62,900 bases of DNA from a virus (lineage: Duplodnaviria > Heunggongvirae > Uroviricota > Caudoviricetes), in IMG/VR virus record IMGVR_UViG_3300001605_000009. One strand, written 5' to 3'. Under the pieces are notes generated by a model. It was not told where the DNA came from. It saw nothing but the letters and a program-made list of their open reading frames with translations, and did no database searches. Position 1 is the stretch's first letter; every line of letters starts with the position of its first letter. Below are positions 37,302 through 46,979 of this stretch, in pieces. The position numbers were made by a program, and so were the translations under genes.

Positions 37302-38223
37302 TGAACATCTCCATAATATTGTCTATAACGCCGTCTGGGAGCTCCTGAATGTATCTTAGGTACTCTACCAGCTCTTCTGATATAGTCATTTTTCTATCAA
37401 GCACTAGTGCGGTATCACTACTGCGCCTCACTAGCTTTTTATCTAGTAAGTCACTATTAGCAACTCCGCTAAGGTCCTTGATATTACCTTCTAGTTCATA
37501 TATAGTATGGTGGAACTTAGTGGAGACCATTTCCGACGGGTCGGCTACTGTTTTACGAATTAGCTGTGGTAGTTCAAAAGCCTTCCAGCTCCAAGACCAA
37601 TCATCTTCGATGATAATGTAGCCAGTCTTAACCTCACTTCTATGAAACGAAGTAGTCATTGGGCTGCCTGGATATACAATATTACGCTGACTATTAGAGT
37701 GAGAGTGTAAATCACCAGCAAATACTATAGGGAACTTATCTAGCCATTCTAGATCTATTTCAGGCTTCACATGTGGAGGTATCTCGCCACGAACATGTGT
37801 AAATACATATTTTCTATCCAGAGACTGCCATAATGCCCCATTCTTAATAAACTCATAAGGCACTACATAATAATCGCCTTCTTCTAGTATCTGGTCCACT
37901 ACAATTTTTACGAGTGGGTTTAGTCTTTCTGAAACTCCTTTAAGTTCCGTGAAGAAGCTCTTACCCTTTTTCGTTGCTTCGTGATTACCAGTACTAATAA
38001 CTGTGCGCTTTGTGCGCTGCGTAATAAACTTAAAGTATAGTGCTAGCTCATCTAGAGTTGGCATTCTATCAAATAAGTCTCCTGGGATGATAATCTCATC
38101 CACTTCTTTTTCTACTTCAGCCACTTGATCGAAGAACATTTCATATCGGGCTAGTGCCCACTCTTTAGGTACGTTCTTCTGGCCGAGTTTTATGTGAACA
38201 TCTGCTATTAGTAGTTTTCTCAT
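37264..38223 (-). CDS. SbcD/Mre11-like nuclease (T5 D12-like)
   Basis: ADVH, GDLFD, GNHE, GDLH, YPGSP metallophosphoesterase motifs. Confidence 0.93.
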   Translation of the reverse strand: MRKLLIADVHIKLGQKNVPKEWALARYEMFFDQVAEVEKEVDEIIIPGDLFDRMPTLDELALYFKFITQRTKRTVISTGNHEATKKGKSFFTELKGVSERLNPLVKIVVDQILEEGDYYVVPYEFIKNGALWQSLDRKYVFTHVRGEIPPHVKPEIDLEWLDKFPIVFAGDLHSHSNSQRNIVYPGSPMTTSFHRSEVKTGYIIIEDDWSWSWKAFELPQLIRKTVADPSEMVSTKFHHTIYELEGNIKDLSGVANSDLLDKKLVRRSSDTALVLDRKMTISEELVEYLRYIQELPDGVIDNIMEMFNEYGSTSINRVE

Positions 38224-38238
38224 ATTACTCCGAATAAG

Positions 38239-38268
38239 AAGCCCAGCTAACCGGAATTAGCTGGGCTT
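38239..38268 (-). terminator. hairpin after SSB gene
   Basis: AAGCCCAGCTAA-N6-TTAGCTGGGCTT, 12-bp stem. Confidence 0.7.
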
Positions 38269-38274
38269 ACTGAA

Positions 38275-38964
38275 TTACTGGGCCTGTAGCTCTTCAGCTA
38301 CTGACTCGTCGATTGTATCTTCATCACCCTTCTGTAGCTTTTCTAGAAGCTCCTTCTGGGCATCTGGTGTTGCACGTGCTAGAAGCTCCTCGATTGTCTT
38401 TGAGGCTGCGATTGCTTCACGCTCTTCAGCAGTAAGAGGACCTTTAGACTTAGCACACTTCATAGTCTGCAGTGTGTACTCTACATTGATTGGTAGAGGG
38501 CCTGTCTTCTTTTTACTAAACTTAAGAACCCAACCATCTTCAGGATCAGTTGGATCACCGAGGTCTTCGGCATTAGCCATGATCTGATCAAATAGCTTCT
38601 TCTTGAAGTTAAAGATCTTAGGGACGCCGTTGTCTAGGCACATCATTGAGTATGACCAGCCGCACTTTAGATCAGGGAAAAATTCCTTAACCCAATCCTT
38701 TTCTGCGCGATCAAAAGTCTCTGTTTCACGATTGAACTCTAGGCACTCAAAAGGAAGATTCTTTCCGTTAGTACCCTTAATCCAGTATACATAACGTGGT
38801 AGGATATTACCAAAGAGACGAACTGAGTTGTCTCCATCAATCATCTTATATGAATCAGCCTTATCCTTCTTAGCTGAACCCTTAACTGTACCAAAGCTTA
38901 AACCTGCCATTTTATTTTTCTCCTGTGTAGTCTTCGTAAAGGAAATGGATTTCATCTCGTTCAA
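38275..38964 (-). CDS. single-stranded DNA-binding protein (T5 D11-like)
   Basis: RYVYWIKG..PFECL, GDPTDP..GW, acidic C-terminal tail. Confidence 0.8.
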   Translation of the reverse strand: MNEMKSISFTKTTQEKNKMAGLSFGTVKGSAKKDKADSYKMIDGDNSVRLFGNILPRYVYWIKGTNGKNLPFECLEFNRETETFDRAEKDWVKEFFPDLKCGWSYSMMCLDNGVPKIFNFKKKLFDQIMANAEDLGDPTDPEDGWVLKFSKKKTGPLPINVEYTLQTMKCAKSKGPLTAEEREAIAASKTIEELLARATPDAQKELLEKLQKGDEDTIDESVAEELQAQ

Positions 38965-39307
38965 TACGAAGTAGTCTGTTTTGTGTTAAAGCGTCTTTCC
39001 CAATAGGGCTATGGGATAAGTCTAGTGTTAATTTCCCAGTTGCATAGTGTTCACCCAAGTTTCTAAAGCTAGCCAGACCAATGTAGTCCGCTAGTTCTTT
39101 ATCACGCCACTTATGTCTATGTATAAGTAGGTAGTTAGGATTTACTAGGAAACTGGACCCTGAGAAATCTTTGTAGTAGTACTGGAATACAGGATCGTAC
39201 CTGTTACGGGGCATGGAAGTCTGGGTCATAGACTTCAATATGGTAAGCACTCTCTTAGAGCTGCCACCAGAGCTTCTTAGTATCTTCTTCCAGTCAAACA
39301 ATAACAT
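38912..39307 (-). CDS. conserved T5-like hypothetical protein
   Basis: LFDWKKI, SFL.NP, Y.GLASFR; between D10 and D11 homologues. Confidence 0.7.
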   Translation of the reverse strand: MLLFDWKKILRSSGGSSKRVLTILKSMTQTSMPRNRYDPVFQYYYKDFSGSSFLVNPNYLLIHRHKWRDKELADYIGLASFRNLGEHYATGKLTLDLSHSPIGKDALTQNRLLRIERDEIHFLYEDYTGEK

Positions 39308-39336
39308 ATATTACCAAAAAATGATATGAAAGTCAA
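39308..39336 (-). promoter_or_regulatory. sigma70-like promoter
   Basis: AAAATAATGC-TTGACT-17 nt-TAATAT. Confidence 0.65.
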
Positions 39337-39339
39337 GCA

Positions 39340-40641
39340 TTATTTTATCCAATGTATTTGGTACCCTTCTTTCATATAATGTCCTAGCCTGTTGTTAAAC
39401 TGACGAGAGACGGTGTTTCCATGTAGTTTAATATCTACTATGACAGGCTGTACTTTACCCTCGCTTTCACGAATAATACGGCCAATCAACTGCTCTAATA
39501 GTGGCATATTATTAAGTGGCGTGCCTAGTATTAGGCAGCTTAGAGGGTTAATAGATAACCCCTCAGATACCATACTCTGAATACCCCAAACTTGGGATAT
39601 ATCTTGGTTTAGTACACCATTTATCACCTTATCTCTGTCTTTGGTTTCACCAATTAGTAGGCCAGAGGGGTGTTTAGAGGTTTCATCACAGTATCTTAGA
39701 AAGTCAACCCTATCACATACAGCTAGAACTTTGTGTCCGTCTGAAGAGTAACTATCTGCTAGTGCTACTATTAAGTCTCTGTATATTGGAGACTCTGTTA
39801 AGACCGAAACTTTTTCAGCCCATGAAGCAGACTGTCCGTCGGAGAAAGATATACCACAATCAATAACGTGAACAATTGGTTGTACAGTGTTCTCTTTCTC
39901 AGGCTTATAAAGTTTATACCCGAAGTAGTCCTTAAATACTATGTGTTTCTGGTCTTTTCTTTCTATAGTGCCAGAAAGTCCCACCTTAAATCTGCAGAAT
40001 AGGCCATCAATAACCTTTGTAAATGTAGGACTAGACACATGATGCATTTCATCTAAAATAACAAGACCAAACTCTCTACTCAGAGCAGAAACATGCTTTA
40101 CTAGGCTCTGTATATTAGCGATTACTACTGGACTATCAACATTGTATTTACCGCTGCCAATAATTCCAGGCTTAATGCCTAAGGTCTTCATTACTTCCTG
40201 CTCCCACTGATTACGTAGGGCCACCGTATGAACAACGACTAAGGTCTTTTGCTTTAGTTTCGAGGCTATAGCTAAGCCAGTAAATGTTTTACCAAAGCCA
40301 ACCTTAGCATTAATGATGCAATTATCAGACATATCCTCAAGTATTTCTTGCTGACTGGGTCTTAAATTGAATTTAAACTCTGGAAAGTCTGGTATTGGTG
40401 ATAGTGCTCTTTTATCGACTACTTCAAAATTCTTAGGTATTAGATCCATTCTACCAACTGGAAATGCTACTAGCATTTTTCCTCCAGCTATATTGTAGTT
40501 TATTACCTTTAGGTTTTTAATTATTGTAGGTTTATCAGGATCACTATAGGAGGGTATTTTATAAGTGAGCTCTTTCTCTAGCTGTCTGTGCATAGAAGGC
40601 TCTACTGTCATATAAATTTTGTTGCTAATAATAGCCTTCAT
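39340..40641 (-). CDS. SF2 helicase (T5 D10-like)
   Basis: LRPSQ, GFGKT, DEMHH, SGT, QLIGRIIR. Confidence 0.92.
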   Translation of the reverse strand: MKAIISNKIYMTVEPSMHRQLEKELTYKIPSYSDPDKPTIIKNLKVINYNIAGGKMLVAFPVGRMDLIPKNFEVVDKRALSPIPDFPEFKFNLRPSQQEILEDMSDNCIINAKVGFGKTFTGLAIASKLKQKTLVVVHTVALRNQWEQEVMKTLGIKPGIIGSGKYNVDSPVVIANIQSLVKHVSALSREFGLVILDEMHHVSSPTFTKVIDGLFCRFKVGLSGTIERKDQKHIVFKDYFGYKLYKPEKENTVQPIVHVIDCGISFSDGQSASWAEKVSVLTESPIYRDLIVALADSYSSDGHKVLAVCDRVDFLRYCDETSKHPSGLLIGETKDRDKVINGVLNQDISQVWGIQSMVSEGLSINPLSCLILGTPLNNMPLLEQLIGRIIRESEGKVQPVIVDIKLHGNTVSRQFNNRLGHYMKEGYQIHWIK

Positions 40642-40675
40642 TCAGTATCTCTGAGACTTGGAGTCTCCTTATATT

Positions 40676-40703
40676 GTGCCGGCTCCTATCAAGAAGCCGG
40701 CAC
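40676..40703 (-). terminator. hairpin after phoH
   Basis: GTGCCGGCT-N10-AGCCGGCAC. Confidence 0.6.
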
Positions 40704-40707
40704 TCTA

Positions 40708-41394
40708 TTAAAACTTATTGAGAATTTCTTCTTTCTTAATTATATAGTTCTTTACTAGGTCGCTTCGTACAATATCCTCTTTCTGGAAATCTACGAAGTC
40801 AAACTCATCCATACTTTTAAGTACAGAGTAGAAGTCTTCTAAGCCATTCTTATATAGATCAGCCTGTCTAATATCACCACAGAACATGATTCTGCAGTTA
40901 TCATTCAATCTAGTAATGATTGAGTCTAGCTCATGGTAGGTCATATTCTGGGTTTCATCAACCACAATGACTGCGTTTCTGAGGTTTATTCCTCGAACGT
41001 AGGAAGTAGAAGAGAACTGCACCTGTTGTTTCTTTTTAAGAATCTCGTAGGCATCGCCTCTACCAAATAACTCCGAAGCTATGTCGATATAAGGGGCCTC
41101 ATAGATTGCAATCTTCTCTTCTTGGGTCCCTGGCAGGAATCCAGTATTTCTGGTTGGTACAGCACTTCTCATGTAAATGAGCCTGTCGTACTCTCCAGTA
41201 GCCATTTCCTTATAAGCTAGGTAAGAGGTTAGGAACGTCTTTCCTGTCCCTGCATATCCAGTTAGTACTAAGTTCTTTTTACTTCTTAGTACCTTAGCCT
41301 GTCTATCATTAAGGGCAGTAACACTTTTAACTTTAAAGTCCATTGAAGTCGCACTATTCTTGTAGCGACCTGGGCCTTTCTCTTTAGTTCTCAT
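40708..41394 (-). CDS. phoH: PhoH-family ATPase
   Basis: GYAGTGKT, GFLPG..EK, YVRG, VDETQN, CGDIRQAD, DIVRS. Confidence 0.92.
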   Translation of the reverse strand: MRTKEKGPGRYKNSATSMDFKVKSVTALNDRQAKVLRSKKNLVLTGYAGTGKTFLTSYLAYKEMATGEYDRLIYMRSAVPTRNTGFLPGTQEEKIAIYEAPYIDIASELFGRGDAYEILKKKQQVQFSSTSYVRGINLRNAVIVVDETQNMTYHELDSIITRLNDNCRIMFCGDIRQADLYKNGLEDFYSVLKSMDEFDFVDFQKEDIVRSDLVKNYIIKKEEILNKF

Positions 41395-41400
41395 TAGTTC

Positions 41401-41898
41401 TCATACTCGTCTAAACGAGTCTTTACCCCTCTCCGTGGAAAAATCGTATATTATCCACGGGAACCCTCCGAAGTACAATACTCTAGCGTACCTAGCGTCC
41501 CCATAAGGTGGCCTAGCTATACTCATAGGATAATTAATATTTTTCATCCAGACTATTGAATGATCTTCTTTAGGCTCTACTCTTGTGATAGAGTGGTGTA
41601 TAAGAGGGCTAGTTATTGATCGCTTATATATGAATGGAATGCCACTACTATCAATAAATACTCTTTTCTTACTCTGCAGCATACTAGAGAAGTCTATATA
41701 GGCTCTTTTTAGCTTACATAGGTCAAGTCTTCCACATTGTAGTCTTCGAATACCTAGTGTATCCCCCGGCATATTAGAGTCATCTAAGACCTTACCATCA
41801 TCAATAAACAGTACACCATCCTGTCTGTACCAGTCACTTGAGGGTAGTGAGTACACAGGAAACTTTATTGACTTTAAATCTTTGAATTGTTTGAACAC
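41401..41898 (-). CDS. conserved T5-like hypothetical protein
   Basis: 165 aa, RRLQ and FIDS.G..F.Y patterns; coupled to upstream gene. Confidence 0.7.
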   Translation of the reverse strand: MFKQFKDLKSIKFPVYSLPSSDWYRQDGVLFIDDGKVLDDSNMPGDTLGIRRLQCGRLDLCKLKRAYIDFSSMLQSKKRVFIDSSGIPFIYKRSITSPLIHHSITRVEPKEDHSIVWMKNINYPMSIARPPYGDARYARVLYFGGFPWIIYDFSTERGKDSFRRV

Positions 41899-42395
41899 TG
41901 CATAGCCAGAGCCATTCTAGGAAACTCAGCCTCCCTTGATACGGGCCTAGCTCCGTGTAGAATGTCTGACCTAAATACTACGAACTTAGCTGGTGTTGGT
42001 GCAAAAGCTTTATAGATTTCGCTGTCTTTAACCATAACGAAATCCCCACCCCAGTTTATGTCCCAGTAGTCATTTAGAAAGAATATAACAGTCCAATATC
42101 CAGGCTTATCTGTATCTGTGTGTAACCAAGAGCTATCACCATGATTATAAACATTTAGTAGTAGTCTTTCTGGAGTTAGGTCAAGCCCTTCTTCTTTGAT
42201 AGACTCATTTAAGCACTCAAAGATTCTCTTGTAAACTCCTGAGTACTCTGGCGTGTAACACCAGTGCCTGTACGGCTCCTTCGGCGCACCAGTCCAGCCA
42301 TCGTGCTGAAACTTGGCACTGGAGAGAATCTCTTCTCTCCAGGCCTTTAGTGTGTTTAAAGGTACCTCACCCTTGTATTCGTAGTAATCACTCAT
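41874..42395 (-). CDS. 2-oxoglutarate/Fe(II)-dependent oxygenase (prolyl-4-hydroxylase-like)
   Basis: HTD, WDINWGG, H.A.PV, R.ALA: HxD...H...R ligand set. Confidence 0.85.
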   Translation of the reverse strand: MSDYYEYKGEVPLNTLKAWREEILSSAKFQHDGWTGAPKEPYRHWCYTPEYSGVYKRIFECLNESIKEEGLDLTPERLLLNVYNHGDSSWLHTDTDKPGYWTVIFFLNDYWDINWGGDFVMVKDSEIYKAFAPTPAKFVVFRSDILHGARPVSREAEFPRMALAMQCSNNSKI

Positions 42396-44683
42396 GCCGC
42401 CTCCGCATATTGCTTCTCGAACTTGCCGAATGAGTAATCATCCCCAATTTCAAAGTCACAACCAATAGCACATCCTGGGATTGATAGTCCTCGATCTTTC
42501 TTTATGAAGGCTTCAATCTCCTGTACGTAGTGATCTACTTCATCGTCAGGAACCTCAGCCAAGATAGAGTCATGTACTAGAGCGAAGATTCTAGCTTTCA
42601 TTCCAGTACTCTTGATGTACTGCTGCATTTCTATACCTGCTAGTAGGTTAACATCACTAGCAGGTGACTGAACTAGAAAGTTAATTCCTGAGCGAACTGC
42701 GTGTCCACGCACGGCTCCGTCAGTAGATAGAACGTTAGCAAGTCTACGCTTACGACCAAAGAAGGAATATGTGTATCCATTCTTAGAGATAAACTCCTGG
42801 TTCTTATCTAGCCACTCCTTCAAGCCCTTAAACTGCTTGAAGTAGGACTTAATAGCAGCTTTAGCATCATCTACACTAAAGTGATAGTCCATGTTATTGG
42901 CTTTAGCTTCCTTGTTAACAGTCTCGCTGACCTTAGAAGGTCCGCTACCGTATAGGATGCCGAATGTAATAGCCTTGGCAGCCTGACGTAGAAGTGGATA
43001 TAGAGCTTTAACTTCCTCTACCTTACACTCTAGTCCGAATACCTTCTTTGCCATAGTAGAGTGGAAGTCTCCTCCGCTTTTGAATACATTCATCAGCTCT
43101 CTGTCACCAGACAAAACAGCAACAATGTAAACTTCAGCGGTGGTCAAATCGACTGCGACAATCTTATGGCCTGGAGCAGCTTTGATGGCACCCTTAACAG
43201 CACTATTGTCACGAGGAAGCTGCTGCATATTCAGACGACCAGAAGAAGATAACCGCCCACTAGTAGTACCATGAATATTAAAGTTAGTACGAAGACGACC
43301 GTCTCTGTCTAGTTGCGGAATGATCTTATCAAGATAGGTATTCTTGATCTTGCTCTTTTGTCTGATATTCAGAATAAGAGCAGGAATAGGATGTTGATCC
43401 GCTAGCTCCTGCAGCACCTCTGCGTCCGTAGAGTCTAGGCCGGCTCCCGTCTTCTTACCGATAGGCTGTAGGCCAAGATAGTCAAATAGGAAGCTGCGAA
43501 GCTGCATAACACTGTTAGGGTTAAACTGCTTACCTTGAGCTTCCTCAAACTCTTTAACCTTAGGCTCCTTATAAAGCTCTGCTACAGACTCGTCGATGCT
43601 TTTCTGCATTTCCGCCTGCGCGAACTTTAGCCTGTCTAAGTCGAATGGAACCCCATTATCCTGAATTTCAGACAAAAAGGTTGACGCCGGAATAAGGATC
43701 TGGTTATATACTCTATCTAGCTTCTTATTCTTAGTAACCGCAGGCTTTAGCTTTAGGTAGATAAGGAATGTTACAATAGAGTCAATAGCTGCATATGGTT
43801 GAATAACTTCGAATGGAATAAGATCAAAGGTAAAGTCTTCTTTAAGACAGCCTGTTCTCTTCCTATACTCCGCAATCCACTCATACATAGGCTGCTCATA
43901 GTCACCGTAATCGGTATACTGTAATGCTAGCTGCTTCAATCCGTGTGTGCCAGGGTTTTCATCAATACAGTAGTGCAATAGCATGGTATCTTCGTACCGT
44001 GGGAACGTCCATCCAAAATGGTACGTTAGAAACGGCAAGTCGAACTTAGCGTTATGGAATACTACAATCTTCATACTGAACAGCGCCTGAAATAGATCAG
44101 AGCACTCCTCGTCTATGCAGTCAGAGTCAATGTAGACTCCATGATCCCGTTCGTAACACAAACTGATACCTAATACAGCACCATTCCTAGGATATAGAGC
44201 TCCACACTCGGAGTCGACTGCAATAAAAGGGTTAGGACTTGCAATAGCATCCTGTAAGAATTTCTTTAACTTCTCAGAATCTCTAATGCCATAAATTTTA
44301 TCACTAGTATAAGATACTACCTTTTTAGTTCCGGTAACATATCCAATGATGCTATCCCTAGACTCGTCCCATAGCTTTGCTGATTCTGGCTTAAAGGCCA
44401 CCATAGCAGGATTAATAACTGGTAAGAACTTGTCATCAACAATCTTACCGCTATGGTCAGTAACAGAGGCGTTCTTAGTATAAAACTTGCAGGCATCAGC
44501 ACCTACAAGAATAACCCATTCATAGCTATCTGGGTCAAATTCAATATCTACATGCTTCTTTAGAAGCTTCTTAATTGTAGGGTCTGAGCATAGTGAGTAT
44601 CTATCGAACTCAAATGCTCCCTTAAAACTCTTGGAAAAGTCTGTTCGGCTAGGTTTAGACTCAATTATAGCTATATTAGCCAT
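42392..44683 (-). CDS. DNA polymerase family A with 3'-5' exonuclease
   Basis: VDSE, FHNAKFD, DTML, GRLSS..N.QQ, DL..AE, AAKAITFGILYG, VHDS. Confidence 0.95.
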   Translation of the reverse strand: MANIAIIESKPSRTDFSKSFKGAFEFDRYSLCSDPTIKKLLKKHVDIEFDPDSYEWVILVGADACKFYTKNASVTDHSGKIVDDKFLPVINPAMVAFKPESAKLWDESRDSIIGYVTGTKKVVSYTSDKIYGIRDSEKLKKFLQDAIASPNPFIAVDSECGALYPRNGAVLGISLCYERDHGVYIDSDCIDEECSDLFQALFSMKIVVFHNAKFDLPFLTYHFGWTFPRYEDTMLLHYCIDENPGTHGLKQLALQYTDYGDYEQPMYEWIAEYRKRTGCLKEDFTFDLIPFEVIQPYAAIDSIVTFLIYLKLKPAVTKNKKLDRVYNQILIPASTFLSEIQDNGVPFDLDRLKFAQAEMQKSIDESVAELYKEPKVKEFEEAQGKQFNPNSVMQLRSFLFDYLGLQPIGKKTGAGLDSTDAEVLQELADQHPIPALILNIRQKSKIKNTYLDKIIPQLDRDGRLRTNFNIHGTTSGRLSSSGRLNMQQLPRDNSAVKGAIKAAPGHKIVAVDLTTAEVYIVAVLSGDRELMNVFKSGGDFHSTMAKKVFGLECKVEEVKALYPLLRQAAKAITFGILYGSGPSKVSETVNKEAKANNMDYHFSVDDAKAAIKSYFKQFKGLKEWLDKNQEFISKNGYTYSFFGRKRRLANVLSTDGAVRGHAVRSGINFLVQSPASDVNLLAGIEMQQYIKSTGMKARIFALVHDSILAEVPDDEVDHYVQEIEAFIKKDRGLSIPGCAIGCDFEIGDDYSFGKFEKQYAEAA

Positions 44684-45506
44684 ATAACATCTCCTTTAAT
44701 TCGATCACTTGTGAGGCTGTCATTTCACCTGGATCATCCACGTCCGGATGATTAATAGCCCTATGGCTTACTTCTCTTTCTTCTAAAAATTTAATCAGTT
44801 TATCTGTACCAAGCTTACCTGCCGCATCATCGTCAAAGAATATGTCAATACAGGATACGCCCTGAATTTTTAGAATATTTAACTTTTCTTCGTTCATCTT
44901 GTTAACACCAAACGCACAAACAGCATTAGTTAGCCCCTTATCGTGCAGGTTTAACATATCTATTATGCCCTCTACTAGAATGATGCTTCCCTGAATTGGT
45001 TTAACAATCGGAAAGAACGGCAGAGAGGCTCCAGCTGGGTGGAATAAGTACTTAGGGTCGCCCTGACTTAGGTGTCTACCACAGAATGATACGATCTTAC
45101 CAGATATACTATATACGGGGAAGACTACTCTACCAATAAATTCTGGATTGTTATGCTGAAAGGCACCAAATTTTAGTAGAGTCTTAGCAGAAATCCCTCT
45201 CCAGTCCCTATCAAAGGGTACCGCAGTCTCAGGAACTCTGTAGCCCGTAGATTCCTTAAGCTTCTCGTCTATAAGACTAGTAAGCTTTTTGCGACGTATC
45301 TGTAGCCAGTCGGCTTTTTCTCCGAAGTGCTCAAATATGCTGCCTTTATACCCACAAGAGAGACAGTTAAATATGCCAGTAACTTTATCTACTCTAAGGC
45401 TTGGGTTTCGGTCTTCATGGTCAGGGCTTAGACACCTTATTAGGTAGTCACCGCCACGTGGCTGAAAATCAATTCCTTTTGACCTTAAAACGTCGTCAAC
45501 TAGCAT
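44676..45506 (-). CDS. DNA primase (CHC2 zinc finger plus Toprim)
   Basis: CLSPDH.D, CLSC, LVEG.ID, FFDDD.AG. Confidence 0.9.
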   Translation of the reverse strand: MLVDDVLRSKGIDFQPRGGDYLIRCLSPDHEDRNPSLRVDKVTGIFNCLSCGYKGSIFEHFGEKADWLQIRRKKLTSLIDEKLKESTGYRVPETAVPFDRDWRGISAKTLLKFGAFQHNNPEFIGRVVFPVYSISGKIVSFCGRHLSQGDPKYLFHPAGASLPFFPIVKPIQGSIILVEGIIDMLNLHDKGLTNAVCAFGVNKMNEEKLNILKIQGVSCIDIFFDDDAAGKLGTDKLIKFLEEREVSHRAINHPDVDDPGEMTASQVIELKEMLYG

Positions 45507-45509
45507 ATC

Positions 45510-46904
45510 TTACTGCTCCCAAGGTAGATCGTCGTAGATACCATCCATTATAGGCTTAGAATCTTCGTCATCGTCTTTTTTCTTTTTCCCAAAGCTCTTT
45601 CTTGCCGGAGCCTCTCCATCTATAACTACTTCTTGTCCATTTTCAGGACCAATACGAAGTGTCTCCCAATACGCTTTAGAGGTAAAATTAATCTTAGCGT
45701 CTCCACGTATTTTTGTACATGTAAACTGAATAGAGTCTGGACCTGCTTCTAGTGTAAACGCCGCGTCAGCAGAGTCTAGAATACCTTTAGCAAATCTAGC
45801 TTCACCACTAGCATCAATCTGATATGGTGAGAAGAAGGGTACGTTTAGCTCTCCAGCCATAGTCTTTAACGCAGTACTTACTACGATTTGATCCTTCCAG
45901 TCAAACTTGTCTTCCGATGAGTTTGTCCTTTTGATCTGATTAACGTAGTCTACAATAACTAGGCCGACATTTCCTAGCTTTCTTATGCGCTTGATTATCT
46001 CAGCTTTTAACTTTGGTAGCGTTAGAACTGGATCATAGATAATATCAATCTGTACGGGCTTTAGGGGCTCTTTCTGGATTGCAGCATGAAACTTATCAAA
46101 GTCTCGATGTTTCTTGTATACTTCTAGGTGTGTGTCACCGTTTTCGTAGCGATCAGCCCACCAAGTAGCTACCTTCATCCATTCCAGATTATCTAGCGTT
46201 CTATACTTGATTTTAGAGTGCGGGACACCTGAACCAATAGAACACTGTCTCTGCAGAACTTCTCTAGTAGGCATTTCGATAGTGAAGAAGAGAACTGATT
46301 TACCTCTCTTGTACACCGTGTCTGCAAGATTAGAACAAGTAATAGACTTACCCGAACCTCTCTTACCTCCCATCAGAATATAATCTGTACTCTTAAAGCG
46401 AACCTTCTTATCAAAGTCGTCATTCAATCCAAGAGGGATATAGTCTGCAATCTCGTCTTCTGACTCAAAAAGATTTATCTTCTGAAGATTATCCTCAGTA
46501 GTTCTAAGTTCAACCTTGTCCTCAATCCTAGATATAATATCATAGAGTGAGTCTAGCGTCTCCTCTGCTGTCTCGAAAGAGATAGAGTCTTGAACGTACT
46601 TATGTAGTTGAAATAGTGTTTCTTTTTGAGTAAATTCGTTTTTTAAGTAGTCCAGCAATAGGAATGGCTCTGCCTCTACTTCTACGGCTTCAATAGCGTA
46701 GATTTTGTCTAGAGTAGGCCCGTCCCTTGTAGCCAGCTTAAGTTCTTCAATCGTTGGTAGCTTGTGGTATGAGTCGATTTGCTTATCAACAATGTCATAA
46801 ACTACATGATACTCGCTAGGCAAATAATGCCGTCTTAAGCTGGACCAGGTGTCAAAGTCTTCCTCTTCAAGGATTCGTTTGAACAAAGCACTAGCAAGAT
46901 TCAT
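45510..46904 (-). CDS. replicative DnaB-like helicase (T5 D6-like)
   Basis: GGKRGSGKS, FTIEM, IVDY.NQ, SPYQ. Confidence 0.9.
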   Translation of the reverse strand: MNLASALFKRILEEEDFDTWSSLRRHYLPSEYHVVYDIVDKQIDSYHKLPTIEELKLATRDGPTLDKIYAIEAVEVEAEPFLLLDYLKNEFTQKETLFQLHKYVQDSISFETAEETLDSLYDIISRIEDKVELRTTEDNLQKINLFESEDEIADYIPLGLNDDFDKKVRFKSTDYILMGGKRGSGKSITCSNLADTVYKRGKSVLFFTIEMPTREVLQRQCSIGSGVPHSKIKYRTLDNLEWMKVATWWADRYENGDTHLEVYKKHRDFDKFHAAIQKEPLKPVQIDIIYDPVLTLPKLKAEIIKRIRKLGNVGLVIVDYVNQIKRTNSSEDKFDWKDQIVVSTALKTMAGELNVPFFSPYQIDASGEARFAKGILDSADAAFTLEAGPDSIQFTCTKIRGDAKINFTSKAYWETLRIGPENGQEVVIDGEAPARKSFGKKKKDDDEDSKPIMDGIYDDLPWEQ

Positions 46905-46930
46905 GAAAGTAATCTCCTATAAACAAGTTT

Positions 46931-46960
46931 AGCCGGAGCAGTACTTAAACTGCTCCGGCT
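46931..46960 (-). terminator. hairpin after D5 gene
   Basis: AGCCGGAGCAGT-N6-ACTGCTCCGGCT. Confidence 0.7.
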
Positions 46961-46979
46961 TTCACTTTAAAGAGAAAAC

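Noticed and set aside
5062-46904. Introns or inteins in TerL, NrdJ, Pol or helicases
   Set aside because: All are continuous, of ordinary length, with catalytic motifs at normal spacing
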